Assembly (NCBI RefSeq): GCF_963921235.1
Contig: NC_086097.1
Location: 225,186,001 to 225,250,000 of the forward strand
DNA from: Mobula hypostoma
Lineage: Eukaryota
Reading direction: 5' to 3'
Length of the DNA stretch: 64,000 bases
Positions within the stretch are counted from its first letter, which is position 1; every line of letters starts with the position of its first letter. Positions 39,538-52,101 of this stretch are shown here, one piece after another. The position numbers and the translations under genes were made by a program. The notes under the pieces were generated by a model. The model was not told the origin of the DNA. It saw nothing but the letters and a program-made list of their open reading frames with translations, and ran no database searches.

Positions 39538-41147
39538 ATGCTGAACTTTATTAGGAATTGTTGGAAAGTAAGTTATGTCATGCTTTAGGGATTATGGTGG
39601 TAATTTGGATTATCACTTCATCACTGGAGCAAAGAAAATTACATAAGTGGACTTTTCCTTTCTGATTCCATGCTGATGATTTACAATTAGGTTATTGCTG
39701 TGTGAATTATCTTCAAGTTTAATCTGAAAACTTCGCAGAGTTTTTCCAGGACACTGACTGGCTCCGCCATGTATTTTGTTATTCTCGGAAGTCCTACATG
39801 TCCTTTGAAGTCCATCGGCAAAAGCCAAGGGGATTCACAAGCAAGTATAATAGGTTATAATTTACTTCAATTATAATCATGAATATGTATTTACTCTTAG
39901 TTATGCAGAAGAACCACTGGTGAGGTCCAATAAATGATGATCAAATATAAAATTTGTTCCTTGAGTTGGACTGCTCAGCTCCATCTTTGTAAAAAATAAC
40001 AACTCACTGCCGGGCTTGTCATTTAAAAGCATTGATCGGTGGTAAATTGCTGCAGGTGTGTGGTAAATAACTAAACTCTACAGAGAGACTATAGCCCTGT
40101 GATTTAAATCTAATTACCCTCTTAATGATATTGTAAGTGTTAATTACTCGCAAACAACCTCTCTGGGGATGGGCACTATTACCAGCATGAAGCGTCATTC
40201 TTCAGATTTTAATTAATGCTGGTAATTTATAACATATAAGAAAGTAATTTTATGTGCTTTTCCTTTTCTTTCCTTCTTTTAACATAATCTTTCTATCTCT
40301 CTTCTGTTCTCTGCCTATTGTAATGCGTTACATAATCTACAATAACATACACTTCCTTCCCACGTTTTCCATGTTAATTTCACAATCCTTCAGACCGATT
40401 GGCTAAGGAGTTGCTTGCTTACTTCACTAAGGTCCCATATGCTGAGTTTTCCCTGATGTAACATTATCAGGTAAAAACTGAGAAACTAAATGCATATGTG
40501 CAGCTTTATCTATTAGCCAATGCCATTACATTCACTCCTGGAATAAATTACGATTCAATAAAGCATGGAAGCAATGGTGTGGCAGGTTTATGGTTTATCA
40601 TAAATGACAGCTGCACTCAGATTGCAACCTAAATAATTATCTTATATCAATTAACATGAAAATTTTATGAAATTCCCAGTCGAAATATATTGATTATGAA
40701 TTAAATTCTCAAGAATAATGCCCATGAGGATGTTCAATGTAGACCGTTTTCTTTGTCCTTTTTTCCAACACTGTTTTACAAGGTAGCACTTTTCATATTA
40801 ATTTATCACTACTTAAATCATGTGTTTACTTGTCTACTTTAGAATTTGTAGAGTCCACTTAGAAATTTTCTTAGAATGTATGTTGTGCTTTGCACTAAAA
40901 TTCTCTGGAAATTTTTCATTATTTATACCTGTACCAATCAATTGTATGAAGCACTCAGGTGTATATTATAGTTGAGGTGTATACACTCAGCTGTTTAGTA
41001 CACTATATTACAGATATCTAGAAAATTTATATTTAAATCAAAAGCCAGTTTTGGGGAAGCAATGCATGAGCTCTGCGGCGCCATCAGCAATTGTCAAACC
41101 ACACACTTGAACGGATTTTTTTTTATTGTAGCTGGGGACTTCACCCA

Positions 41148-41512
41148 TTATCGTCATCATTATGTGCCATGTTGTATGACATAGACGATCATGGTCTTTC
41201 CATGACCACAATTCTTCTTGGCAAATTTTTCTACAGAAGTGGCTTGCCATTACCTCCTTCTGGGCAGTGTCTTTTCAAGATGAGTAGCCCCAGCCATTAT
41301 TAATAGATTGTCTGCCTGGTGTCAGTAGTTGCCTCACCAGGACTTGTGATATGCACCAGATGCTCATATGACCAACCACCATCTGCTCTCATGGCTTCAC
41401 CTGACCCTGAGCATGAGGTGAAGGAGGCCCTACACATTGGCCAAGAGTGACCTGCAGGCCAGCAGAGAGAAGAAGCATCTAACACCTCCTTTGGTGGGAA
41501 CGTATCTCCACG
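41148..41512 (-). mobile_element. Near full-length RTE-related SINE-like element
   Basis: gaagtggcttgccattacc motif, (ATG)n-like tail. Spans both halves seen at 8776-8950 and 15945-16109. Confidence 0.7.
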
Positions 41513-42274
41513 TACCTCGTCACCTGTCCTACCTAAATTTCATCAATATGTTGACTTTGCTACCAGAGGAAAGAATATATTGGACTTATTTTGCATCAAC
41601 ATCTGTGTGGCATATAAGGCTGACCCTTGTCCCCACCTTGGATACTCTAATCTCATACCTGTTATGCTGATATCTACATACTGACTAAAATGCTTCAAAC
41701 CAGTTTGCAAGGAAACCAGAGTTTGGCTAGAAGGAGCCACCTCAGCATTGCGGGGCTGTAATGATCTGGTGCTTTTGCAATCTCCTGTAAAATTTGGTGA
41801 ACTAGACTCGAGAGTGCAGGTATGGTCGGGGCGGTCACTGCTAGGGGTGGACGCTGTGTAGAGGCCTAGTGGAGGAAGATTAACTCATGATTTGCTCCAT
41901 TACACCGCGCTGATTAAAGCCTCAAGCAGCGTTAAAGGGCGAGAGCGGAAAAGGAACAGGTGTTCGATGCTGTCTGCCTGCGTTTGACCGGTCTCTGCCT
42001 CTCTTGCTACAACTGTCAGGTGGGAGGTGCAGGAGACTTGGATCCCATGCCACCAAGATTAGGAGCAGTTGTTGCCCTGCAGCCTTTGGGCTTCACTTGC
42101 CTCAGCGCTGAACGGGCTTCGCAGCCGTGGACCCACTTTCAGGGACTCTACAGTGCATGTTTCATGTGTTTTTGTTTACTTTTTTAAAAACTATTTGCAT
42201 GATTTGATCAAGGCACCAAGGCCGAAAGTGAAGGACGGAATGCTGTTCAGCTCACTATTCTGTGAGGTTTACTC

Positions 42275-42920
42275 GTTTCAGCCCTAAACTGATCCTCTCA
42301 ACCCCATTCTCCTGCCTTCTCCCTGTAATTTTCATGCTCTGCCTAATCAAGAATCTATCAACCTCCACCTTAAATACACACAATTACCTGGCTTCCACAA
42401 CTGTCTATGGTGATGAATTCCACAGATTCACTACCGTCCGGCTAAAGAAATTCCTCCTCATCTCCAATCTAAGTGGACGTCCCCCTATTTTGAGGCTGTG
42501 CCCTTTGGTTCAAGACTCTCCCACCATCCTCTCCACATCGACTCTATCTAGACCTAAAAACATTCAATAAGTTTCAATGAGATCGCCCCCCTCATTCTTC
42601 TAAGTTCCAGCAAGTGAAGGCACAGAGTTATTAACTGCTTCCCATATTATAAGCCCTTCATTCTCAGAATCATTCTTGTAACCCCCCCGAACCCTCTGCA
42701 ATGTCAATACATCCTTTCTTAAATAAGTGGCCAAAACTGCTCACAATACTCTAAGTGAGGTCTCACCAATCCTTTCTGAAGCCTCATCATTACATCATTG
42801 CTTGTATGTTTTAGTCCTTTCGAAATGAGTTCTAACATTTCATTTGCCTTCCTCTGAACCTGTGAATTAAGCTTCAGGGAATCCTGTACGAGGATCCCCA
42901 AATCTCTTTGCACATTGGAG
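42275..42920 (-). mobile_element. CR1 RT C-terminal fragment
   Basis: QRDLGILVQDSLK...LVRPHLEYCEQFW. Confidence 0.85.
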
Positions 42921-42959
42921 TATTTGTATTTGTTTACTTTTTGATTGCTTGCACCAATT

Positions 42960-44663
42960 CCAGACCTAACCAGTTCCCCTCTACCATCACTCTGCTCCGT
43001 CTAGCGGAATTAATCCTTACTCTTAATAATTTCTCCTTTGACACCTCCCACTTCCTCCAAACTAAAGGAGTAGCCATGGGCACCCTTACAGGTCCCAGTT
43101 ATGCCTGCCTTTTTGTTGGCTTTGTGGAACAATCTATGTTTCAAACCTATTCTGGTATCAGTCCCCCACTTTTCCTTTGCTACATCGACGACTCATTGAC
43201 GCGACTTCCTGCACGCATGCTGAGCTATTGACTTCATTAACTTTGCCTCCAACTTTCACCCTGCCCTCAAGTTTACCTGGTTCATTTCCGACACCTCCCT
43301 CCCCTTCCTAGATCTTTCTGTCTCTATCTCTGGAGACAGCTTATCTACTGATGTCTACAGACTCTCAGAGCTACCTGGACTATTCCTCTTCTCACCCTGT
43401 CTCTTGCAAAAATGCCATCCCCTTTTCGCAATTCCTCCGTCTCCGCCGCATCTGCTCTCAGGATGAGGCTTTTCATTCCAGGACGAAGGAGATGTCCTCC
43501 TTTTTTAAAAAAAAGGGGCTTCCCTTCCTCCACCATCAACTCTGCTCTCAAACGCATCTCTCCCATTTCACGCACATCTGCTGTCACTCCACCCTCCCGC
43601 CACCCCACTAGGAATAGAGTTCCCCTTGTCCTCACCTACCACCCCACCAGCCTCCGGGTCCAACATATAATTCTTCGTAACTTCTGCCACCTCTAACGGG
43701 ATCCCACCACGAAGCACATCTTTCCTTTTCCCCCTCTCTTCGCTTTTTGCAGGGATCGCTCCCCACGCGACTCCCTTGTCCATTCCTCCCCCCCCCATCC
43801 CTCCCCACCGATCTCCTTCCTGGCACTTATCCTTGTTAGCGGAAAAAGTGCTACACATGCCCTTACACTTCCTCCCTCACTACCATTCAGGGCCCCAGAC
43901 AGTCCTTCCAGGTGAAGCGACACTACACCTGTGAGTCAGCTGGGGTGATATATTGCATCCGGTGCTCCCAATGCGGCCTTCCATATATTGGCGAGATCTG
44001 ACGCAGACTGGGAGGTCATTTCGCTGAACACCTATGCTCTGTCCACCAGAGAAAGCAGGATCTCCCAGTGGCCACACATTTCAATTCCATGTCCCATTCC
44101 CATTCTGATATGTCTGTCCACGGCCTCCTCTACTGTCAAGATGAAGCCACACTCCGGTTGGAGGAATAACACCTTATATTCCGTCTGGGTAGCCTCCAAC
44201 CTGATGGCATGAATATTGACTTCTCAAACTGGGGCTAATGCCCCACCTCCCCCTCGTACCCCATCCGTTATTTATTTATTTATATACACACATTCTTTTT
44301 CTCTCTCTCCTTTGTCCCTCTCACTATACCCCTTGCCCATCCTCTTGGTTTTTCCCCCCCTCCTCCTTTCTTTCTCCCCGGACCTCCTGTCCCATGATCC
44401 TTTCATATCCCTTTTGCCAATCACCTGTCCAGCTCTTGGCTCCATCCCTCCCCCTCCTGTCTGCTCCTATCATTTTGGATCTCCCCCTCCCCCTCCAACT
44501 TTCAAATCCCTTACTCACTCTTCCTTCAGTTAGTCCTGACGAAGGGTCTCGGCCTGAAACGTCGACTGTACCTCTTCCAATAGATGCTGCGTGGCCTGCT
44601 GCGTTCACCAGCAACTTCGATGTGTGTTGCTTGAATTTCCAGCATCTGCAGAATTCTTCGTGT
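42960..44663 (+). mobile_element. 5'-truncated Neptune-type PLE: RT C-terminal half, Cys linker, GIY-YIG endonuclease, terminal repeat; 11-bp TSD
   Basis: NNFSF...QTKGVAMGT..GPSYACLFVG...YIDD, C*RKKCYTC and VIYCIRCSQCGLPYIGE motifs with frameshifts. TSD ttgcaccaatt at 42949-42959 and 44664-44674. Confidence 0.92.
44531..44568 (+). ncRNA. Minimal type I hammerhead ribozyme motif in the PLE terminal repeat
   Basis: Stem I tagtc/gactg, core CTGACGA (44536-44542), stem II agg/cct, GAAAC, palindromic ACGT stem III, predicted cleavage after GTC at 44563. Confidence 0.8.
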
Positions 44664-45115
44664 TTGCACCAATTGTTCTTTTTTTATGCTATGGGTGTTT
44701 GATGGGTTTTTAAAAAAAATGGGTTTTATGCGTTTCTTTATTTTGTGGCTGCCTGCAAGGTGAATCTCAAACCTGTATATGGTATACCTACTCTGATAAT
44801 AAATGTACTTAGAACTTTTGAGCTGTTCAGTACACGCTGACTGGTAGATGTTCAGGGAGATAGCGACCTATGGTCTCATATCAACATCGATGAATATGCA
44901 GGATGTGTGACGGAAATGTATTGGGGATGTCACGGTCATTACACGCATCACCATTTGAGCCAATCAGCAGCTGCGGTTGAGAGCAGCTGTCTGGACACCA
45001 TTGGCCCACCATCAGGAAGGCAGAATGGGACTATAGACAGAAAATTTACAGCCTCTTCTGTGACCTCAAAGACACACAGTACATGTGGCAGGACATTCAG
45101 GCTATAACGGACTAT

Positions 45116-45247
45116 CACAAGAAAATGCGAAATGCTGGAAATCTAAGCAACACACACAAAATGCAGGAAGAACTCAGCAGGGCAGACAGCATCAGTGGAA
45201 AAGAGTAAACAGTCGACATTTCAATCCGAGACCCTTCATCAGTGCTG
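45116..45247 (-). mobile_element. PLE terminal fragment starting at the hammerhead motif
   Basis: Reverse strand reads cagcaCTGATGAagggtctcggattGAAATGTCgactg, then the conserved tail. Confidence 0.8.
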
Positions 45248-45733
45248 CTTTGAGTGCTGATGAGAGATATGAGAGAGGAGTTGGCCGGAATTGATTGGGG
45301 AAAAAACACTGGCAGGGATGACAGCAGAGAAGCAATGGCTGGAATTTCTGGAAGCAAATCAGAAGGCACAGGATTTATACATCCCAAAGAGGAAGAAGTA
45401 TTCTAAAGGAAAGATGACACAACTGTGGCTAACAAGAGAAGTCAAAGCTAATGTTAAAGTCAAAGAGAAGGCATATAATAGAGCAAAAATTAGTGGGAAG
45501 TTCAAAGATTAAGAAGCTTTAAAAACCAATAAAAGGCAACTAAAAAGTCATTAAGAAGGTGAAGGTGGAATATGAAAGTAAGCTAGACAATAATATTAAA
45601 GAGGATACCAAAAATTTCTTCAGATAAATTACAGTTTGTAAGCGTAAAAGAGAGGTGAGAGTGGATAATCGGACAGTTGTAAAATAATGCTGGAGAGGTA
45701 GTAATGGGGGACAAACTGAATAAGCATTTTTCA

Positions 45734-45848
45734 CAAACAAGAGAAAATCTGCAGATGCTGGAAATCTCAGTAAAACACATAAAGCGCTGGAAGAACTCAG
45801 CAGGCCAGACAGCATCTATAGAAAAGAATACAGCAATGTTTTGGGCTG
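45734..45848 (-). mobile_element. 115-bp PLE terminal insertion with 11-bp TSD
   Basis: TSD agcatttttca at 45723-45733 and 45849-45859. 5' end falls at hammerhead stem II (cagcccaaaac). Confidence 0.8.
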
Positions 45849-46490
45849 AGCATTTTTCATCATTCTTCACTGTGGAAGACACTAACAGTATGGTGGAAGT
45901 TCCAGGTATCAGAGAGTCATGAAGTGTGTGAAGTTACCATAACTAGAGAGAAGGTTCTTGGGAAACCGAAAGGTCTGAAGGTAGATAAGTCACCTGGACC
46001 AGACGTTGTACATGCCAGTGTTCTGAAAGCGGTGGCTGAATAGATTGTGGAGGTATAGTAATGAAGTTTCAAGAATAAATAGATTCTGGAATGGTTCCAT
46101 TAGACCATAAGATATAGGAGCAAAATTAGGTCATTTGGCCCATTGCATCTGCTCCACAATCTCATCATGGCTGATCCAATTTTCCTCTCAGCCCCAGTCT
46201 CCTGCCTTCTCCCTGTAACCCTTCATGCCCTGACCAATGAAGAATCTATCAAACTCTGCCTTACATATACATGAAGACTTGGCCTCCATAGCTGCTTGTG
46301 GCAAAGAATTCCATAGGTTCACCACCCACTGGTAAAGAAATTCCTCCTCATTTCCGTTCTCAAAGGACGCCCCTCTATTCAGAGGCTGTGTCCTCCTGTA
46401 TTAGGCTCTCCCACCATAGGAAATGTTCTCTCCACATCCACTCTATCAAGGCCTTTCACCATTTGATAGGTCTTAATTAGGTCACCCCTC

Positions 46491-47319
46491 TGTCACGTGA
46501 TCAGCAACAATGAGTATATCGAGTCAGGATTTATAAACAAACAAGCATTTATTAAACCCTGATAAATAATGAAAAAAACTGAAAACCCTAACCGGAAGTA
46601 AACGGCTATGCGGCCATTCATTAAACCGCTACTCAGTACTAGCTCTTCAAGCGATAAATGCAAAACCAGTTCTTTAAGCCATAAATTCAAACACAGTTCT
46701 TCGAATGGTAAATTTTTAAAGTCCAAGAGATTTATATAGTCAATTAGGAGAGACTTTCATGAAGTAACAAATTCCTCGAAGACACGATGTCACTGCTACT
46801 CCCAGCTGGATCCTGCCTTGTCCTCAGGATTCACAACGATGGAAATAAAACAGTTTAAAGGCACTGACCTTCCTCCGTAGAATAGATCCTGTACAGCCTT
46901 TCTGCCACTTTTAGCAGAGGCTATCTCATGCAGATCACTCTTTCTTGAACAAATTCAATAATGGTCGATTCTTTCCAAACCTGTCGAACGTCTCCTTCAG
47001 GGTCCTGTCTTCACTCTCCAGTGTTACTGAAAAGGTACATTAACAAACCTGGCAGTGATTGGTCAAACTTCCAGCCCAGCACTTCTATACCTTACAATAG
47101 AACATAAAACTCCGTTTAAAATCAAAACTGCGTCATAATGCAAATACACGTTCTAACTGGAAAACTAACTGTGTCACCAGGGGTCTTCCCTTTTATTCCC
47201 GTGGTGAACACGTCATCACGTGACCTTACATTGGAGGGAAAATTACATCAGGTGACCTCCAAAAGACCATTATATCATTCTCACAAGAAAGTCACAAGAT
47301 CTCCATGAGGTATGTAACA
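46491..47319 (-). mobile_element. Solo LTR (829 bp), probably Gypsy-type
   Basis: TGTCAC...GTAACA termini, 4-bp flanks cctc/tctc, interrupts CR1 sequence cacccctc|attcttctg, minus-strand AATAAA near 46550. Confidence 0.8.
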
Positions 47320-49564
47320 TCTCATTCTTCTGAACTCTAGTGAATACAGGCCCAGAGCTATCAAACGCTCTCCATATGACAAGCCATTCAATCCTGGAAT
47401 CATTTCTGTGAACCTCCTTTGAACCCTTTCCAGTTTCAGCACATCCTTTCTAAGATAAGGGGCCAGAAATTGCTCACAATACTCCAAGTGAGGCCTTACC
47501 AGTGCTTTATAGAATTTCAACATTATATCTTTGCTTTTATATTCTAGTCCTCTTGAAATGAATGCTAACATCGTATTTGCCTTCCTCACCACATACTCAA
47601 CCTACAAATTAATATTTAGGGAATCATGCACAATGTCTCCCAATTCCCTTTGCACCTCAGTTTTTTGAATTTTTCTCTCCATTTAGAAAATAGTCAACCC
47701 TTTCATTTCTTCTACCAAAGTGCATGACCATACACTGCCCGACACTATATTCCATTTGCCACTGCTTTGCCCATTTTCCTAATCTGTCTAAGTTCTTCTG
47801 TAGCCTCTCTACTTCCGGAAGACTGGAAAACTGCAAATGCCATTCCACTCTTCAAGAAGGGAGAGAGGCAGAAGAAAGGGAACTAGAAGCCAGTTGGACT
47901 GAAGATATTAGAGTCAATTATTAAAGATAAGGGTTCAGGGTACTTGGAGGCACATGATAAAAGAGGCCATAGTCGGCAGGGAAAATCTTTCTTGACTGCT
48001 GAAGACATCACTGGTATCTCCTCCCAACCCCCCCCCCCCACCCCCCCCCCCATTCAGGGAACAACATGTTTGGAAACACTGCATGCACAGTGCCTTCAGC
48101 ACTTTGAAAGACTCCTCCCATCCTTCCCTGTACCAGTTGGTGGGTTGGTAGGTCATTATCAATTGCTCGTGATTAGGCTTGGTTTAAATCAGAGGATTGT
48201 CGGGCAGCACAGCTTGAAGGACCATAAGACCTGTTTCACAGTGTATCTCTAAATAAATCTCTACATCTGTTTGTAATCATTTAAAAGTATTCTTTTCCTC
48301 TTCCCCTGAAATGCGTGTGTTTGTGTTTTAGCCCTGTAATTTTCTGTTCACAACTTTTTTTGCTTCCGCACTGATATACATTGCAATAGTTGAGGGCTTG
48401 TTAGTGATCCCAGTATTAATGCACAAGTAGCAGTCTGTAAACCTAAAAAAGCTCTACTTAATCCTGAACTCTGCTACCTATCCTCTAACTAACACTTTAT
48501 CTATGCATTTATGTTAACATCAATTGTAAGTAACCTTGGTTTGTGTAACAATATTTTTGAAAATCCAGACGTACTATCTCCATCAGTTGCCCTTAATGTC
48601 CCTGCCACCTACATCCACAAAAAGTACTATTTGATCTGTCAAATACTATTTTCCTTTCATAAAAACCTCATCAAATGTCTAAGTGTTTTATGATTTTCAA
48701 AGTGCCCTATTACAATGTCATTATTGATAGATTCACGCATTTGGCAACAACAATTGACAAGCTAACTGGTTTTAGTTCCACATTTCTCTCTCCTTCCCTC
48801 ATTTCCTAAACATAACTCTTAAATTTGCTGCCTTCCAAACTAACAAGAATGCTCCTGAAAAACAAAATTCAAGTTCATCAGAATTGTAATATTATTTCTG
48901 TAAATCACCACATGTTGATTCCTGGTGTGCCATGTATGAGGACCAGGAGATTTGTTCAAATTTAATTCATTTTATTAACACACACAAAATGCTTGAGGTA
49001 CTTAGCAAGTCAGGCAGCATCTGTGGAGGGGAATACACTGTTGATGTTCTGGAGCTTTTTGTAGAGCCCACATCATTCTCCTCCAATGCCTATCCATTGT
49101 TTCGCAGCCAGACGCCATTACTATCCACTTGCAACTGATGAGTTAACTGCACTTGTTTCTCCACTGCTCCCCATAGAGATCCATTCCTCATGTCTTACGT
49201 CTCGTCCATCAGCTGAACCTATTTCCATTGAAATGATAATGCTGATGCTTATAGCAGGGTGTGCTTCTTGAATCTGTTGTTGCCTCTAAGTTGTCAAACT
49301 GTTTGCCCCATATCTGACCCAGGATGAGAACTAATTTTCTTCAATTAAACATGAGGAAGACCATAGCCATCTTGCTTAATCTATCCTATGTCCCAAATGC
49401 TTCAACCCTCTCCCTGGTATCTGAAACTAAGTTGAACTGTTCTCAGTCTTCGACCCTGAGATGGATTTTAGGTCTTATGTTGGAACCACAGCTCATGCTG
49501 TGATTGATATCTCTGTAATATTTCCCACCTCAGTCCCTGCATCAGCTCTATGCACATGTAAGTA

Positions 49565-50134
49565 CACAAAATGGCCACTTTATTAGGTACATATGGGCAC
49601 CTGCTTGCTAATGCATATATCTAATCAGCCAATCATGTGCAGCAACTCAATGCATAAAAGCAAATAGACATGGTCAACAGGTTCATTTTTTGTTCAGACC
49701 AAGCATTCAGAATGGGGAAGAAATGTGATCTAAGTGACTTTGATCACGGAATGATTGTTGGTGCCAGACAGTGTGGTTTGAGTATTTCAAAAACTGCAGA
49801 TCACCTAGGATTTTCATGCACAATAGTCTCTAAAATTTACAGAAAATGGTATGTAAAACAAAAAATAACTGAGTGAGCAGCAGTCCTGTGGGTGAAAATG
49901 CCTTGCTAATGAGAGAAGATAGCGGCGAATGGTCAGATTGGTTCAAGCTGACAGGAAGGAGTCAGGAACTGAAATGATTATCCATTACAACAGAGGTGTG
50001 CAGAAGAGCTGCTCTGAATGCACAGATCATTGAAGCTTGAAGTGGATGGGCTACAGCAGCAGAAGACCATGGACGTGCACTCAGTGGCCACTTTATTAGG
50101 TACAGGAAGTGCTTAATAAAGTGACCACTGAGTG
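49565..50134 (+). mobile_element. Internally deleted Tc1 transposon
   Basis: TA-flanked TIRs (cac.c.gtggccactttattagg) and N-terminal HTH MGKKCDLSDFDHGMIVGARQCGLSISKTADHLGFS. Extra TIR copy at 50078. Confidence 0.88.
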
Positions 50135-51556
50135 TATAGGTTCAGCCAGTACCATATGTCTCCAGTCTTTCTACATTTGCCTCTTTTAGTAAGAGTGCCC
50201 TTCTATCTGACTCCTATGTTGTGTCGCTCCTCCTTAATGTGTATGGCCAGTGCATGGTTTGAATGTCTGTCCAAATCTGTTTCTATTCTTGCTGTATTGC
50301 TGTCATGTACCACCACGTACCTACATTCATTACCTCCTATTGTCTCCCTAGAAATCTTTTCAGTTCACTCTCCCTCTTTACTCCACCTACACAGGGAGTC
50401 ATCAAGATGCATATGAGCCACTTAAATGACAGCAAACATCTCCAAAGACCGGAATGTGATCAAAATCGTGCTGGCAAATACAGCTAACGGACCAGAAAAT
50501 GAGTCCTTGGTTGTAAGGTCATGCATACTCCAAAGAATAGATTGCAAAACCTGTGAACAGTTATCAACCATCAGACTCCTGAACCAGAGTGGATAGCTTC
50601 ACTGACCTCAACAATGAACGTGCTTCCACAATCTGGAGACTCACTTTCAAGGACTCTACACATCAAGTTTCCAGTATTATTTATTTATTTGTTTCCTTGT
50701 TTGTTCTGCATTTGCTAAGTTTGGCTTCTATTGTACATTGGTAGTTTGTCAGCCTTTGTGCACAGTTCTTCATTCATTATATTGTATTTCTTTGTTCTAC
50801 TAGTATGCCTGCAAGAAATTGAATCTCAGGCTAGTATTTGGAGATATATATGCACTTTGATAATAAAGTTACCTTGAATTTTGAAAACACTTTGAAAGAA
50901 ATGAAAGATATTCTGAACTCTTAGGTTGTATTTACAGATGCATTAAAAACACTTTGATATAAGTGTCCCAGTTGTAATGAAGATAGGAAAACTTGTTTAG
51001 GATGTTGAAAGGCTGAACTTTAGGTCTTTAGTTGCTCGAAATATGATTTAGAGGTTTCAAAAATGAATGATAAACTGTTATTATTAATATAAGCATTTAG
51101 TATGGAGGAGATAACATATGAATTGTGAAAAGACACATTGCTAAGTGATCCTCACATCACCACTGTCTTGTTCTTAACTTTACCTTGTTTGTTTAACAAG
51201 TATTCACATTAATATATTAATTGTATTGATATATAATGTGAAATCTGATGTCTTCAGATTTCCATCACAGGAAAAGGCGTTCCCTCAATTGAGCACATCT
51301 ATGAGGAGCACTGCTACAGCAAAACATCCATCATCATGGACCTCCAGCTTCCAGGCCATGCTCTCGTCTTGCTGCTGCTGATTAGAATGGAGGTACAATG
51401 AACTTAGAACCCACACCACCAGGTTCAGGAACAGTTATCACCCTTCAACCATCAGGCTCCTGAAACAATGTGAATAACTTCACTCTCCTCAATACTGAAC
51501 CGATTCCGCAATCTATGGGCTGACTTTCTTGTTGGAAATGGCTAAGATGAAAGGGA

Positions 51557-52101
51557 AACTAAAATTTAAAGAGAAGAGATCAGTATTAGTGAAACAGATG
51601 GGAATGGGATCATGATTTGTTACAGTCTCTGCAGATGTTTGAAGAAGATCAATAAGCTTGTCAGGAAGGCTGGTTCTCTTCTGGGAGTAGAACTGGTGGT
51701 TGTGTCTGAGAGGAGGATGCTGTAGAAGCTACGGAGCATTATGGACAATCCCTCTTAGTGGTGTGCTGCAGGGATTGTTGTTGGGTCTATTGTTGTTTGT
51801 CATCTATATCAATGATCTGGATGATAATGTCGTAAACTGGATCAGTAAATTTGCGGATGATACCAAGGTTGAGGGTGTAGTGGACAGTGAGAAGACTATC
51901 AAAGCTTGCAGAGGGATCTGGACCAGCTGGAAAAATGGCAGAATGGATTTAATGCAGACAAGTGTGAGGTGTCGCATTTTGGGAGGAGCAGCCAGAGTAG
52001 GTCTTACACAGTGAGCGGCAACTAAAATTTAAAGAGAAGCAATCAGTATTAGTTAAAGAGATGGGAATGGGATCATGATTTGTTACAGTCCCTGCAAATG
52101 T
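51557..52101. repeat. 82-bp direct repeat pair (51557-51638, 52020-52101) flanking a Rex1+CR1 chimeric insert
   Basis: Six mismatches in 82 bp by manual alignment. Confidence 0.85.

Larger units (their letters stand above)
45255..47995 (+). mobile_element. CR1 ORF2 central fragment hosting nested insertions
   Basis: IPKRKKYSKGK..WLTREVK and KVDKSPGPD motifs. Split at ttcc (46095-46098, 47813-47816) by a minus-strand CR1 (46099-47812). Confidence 0.8.
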
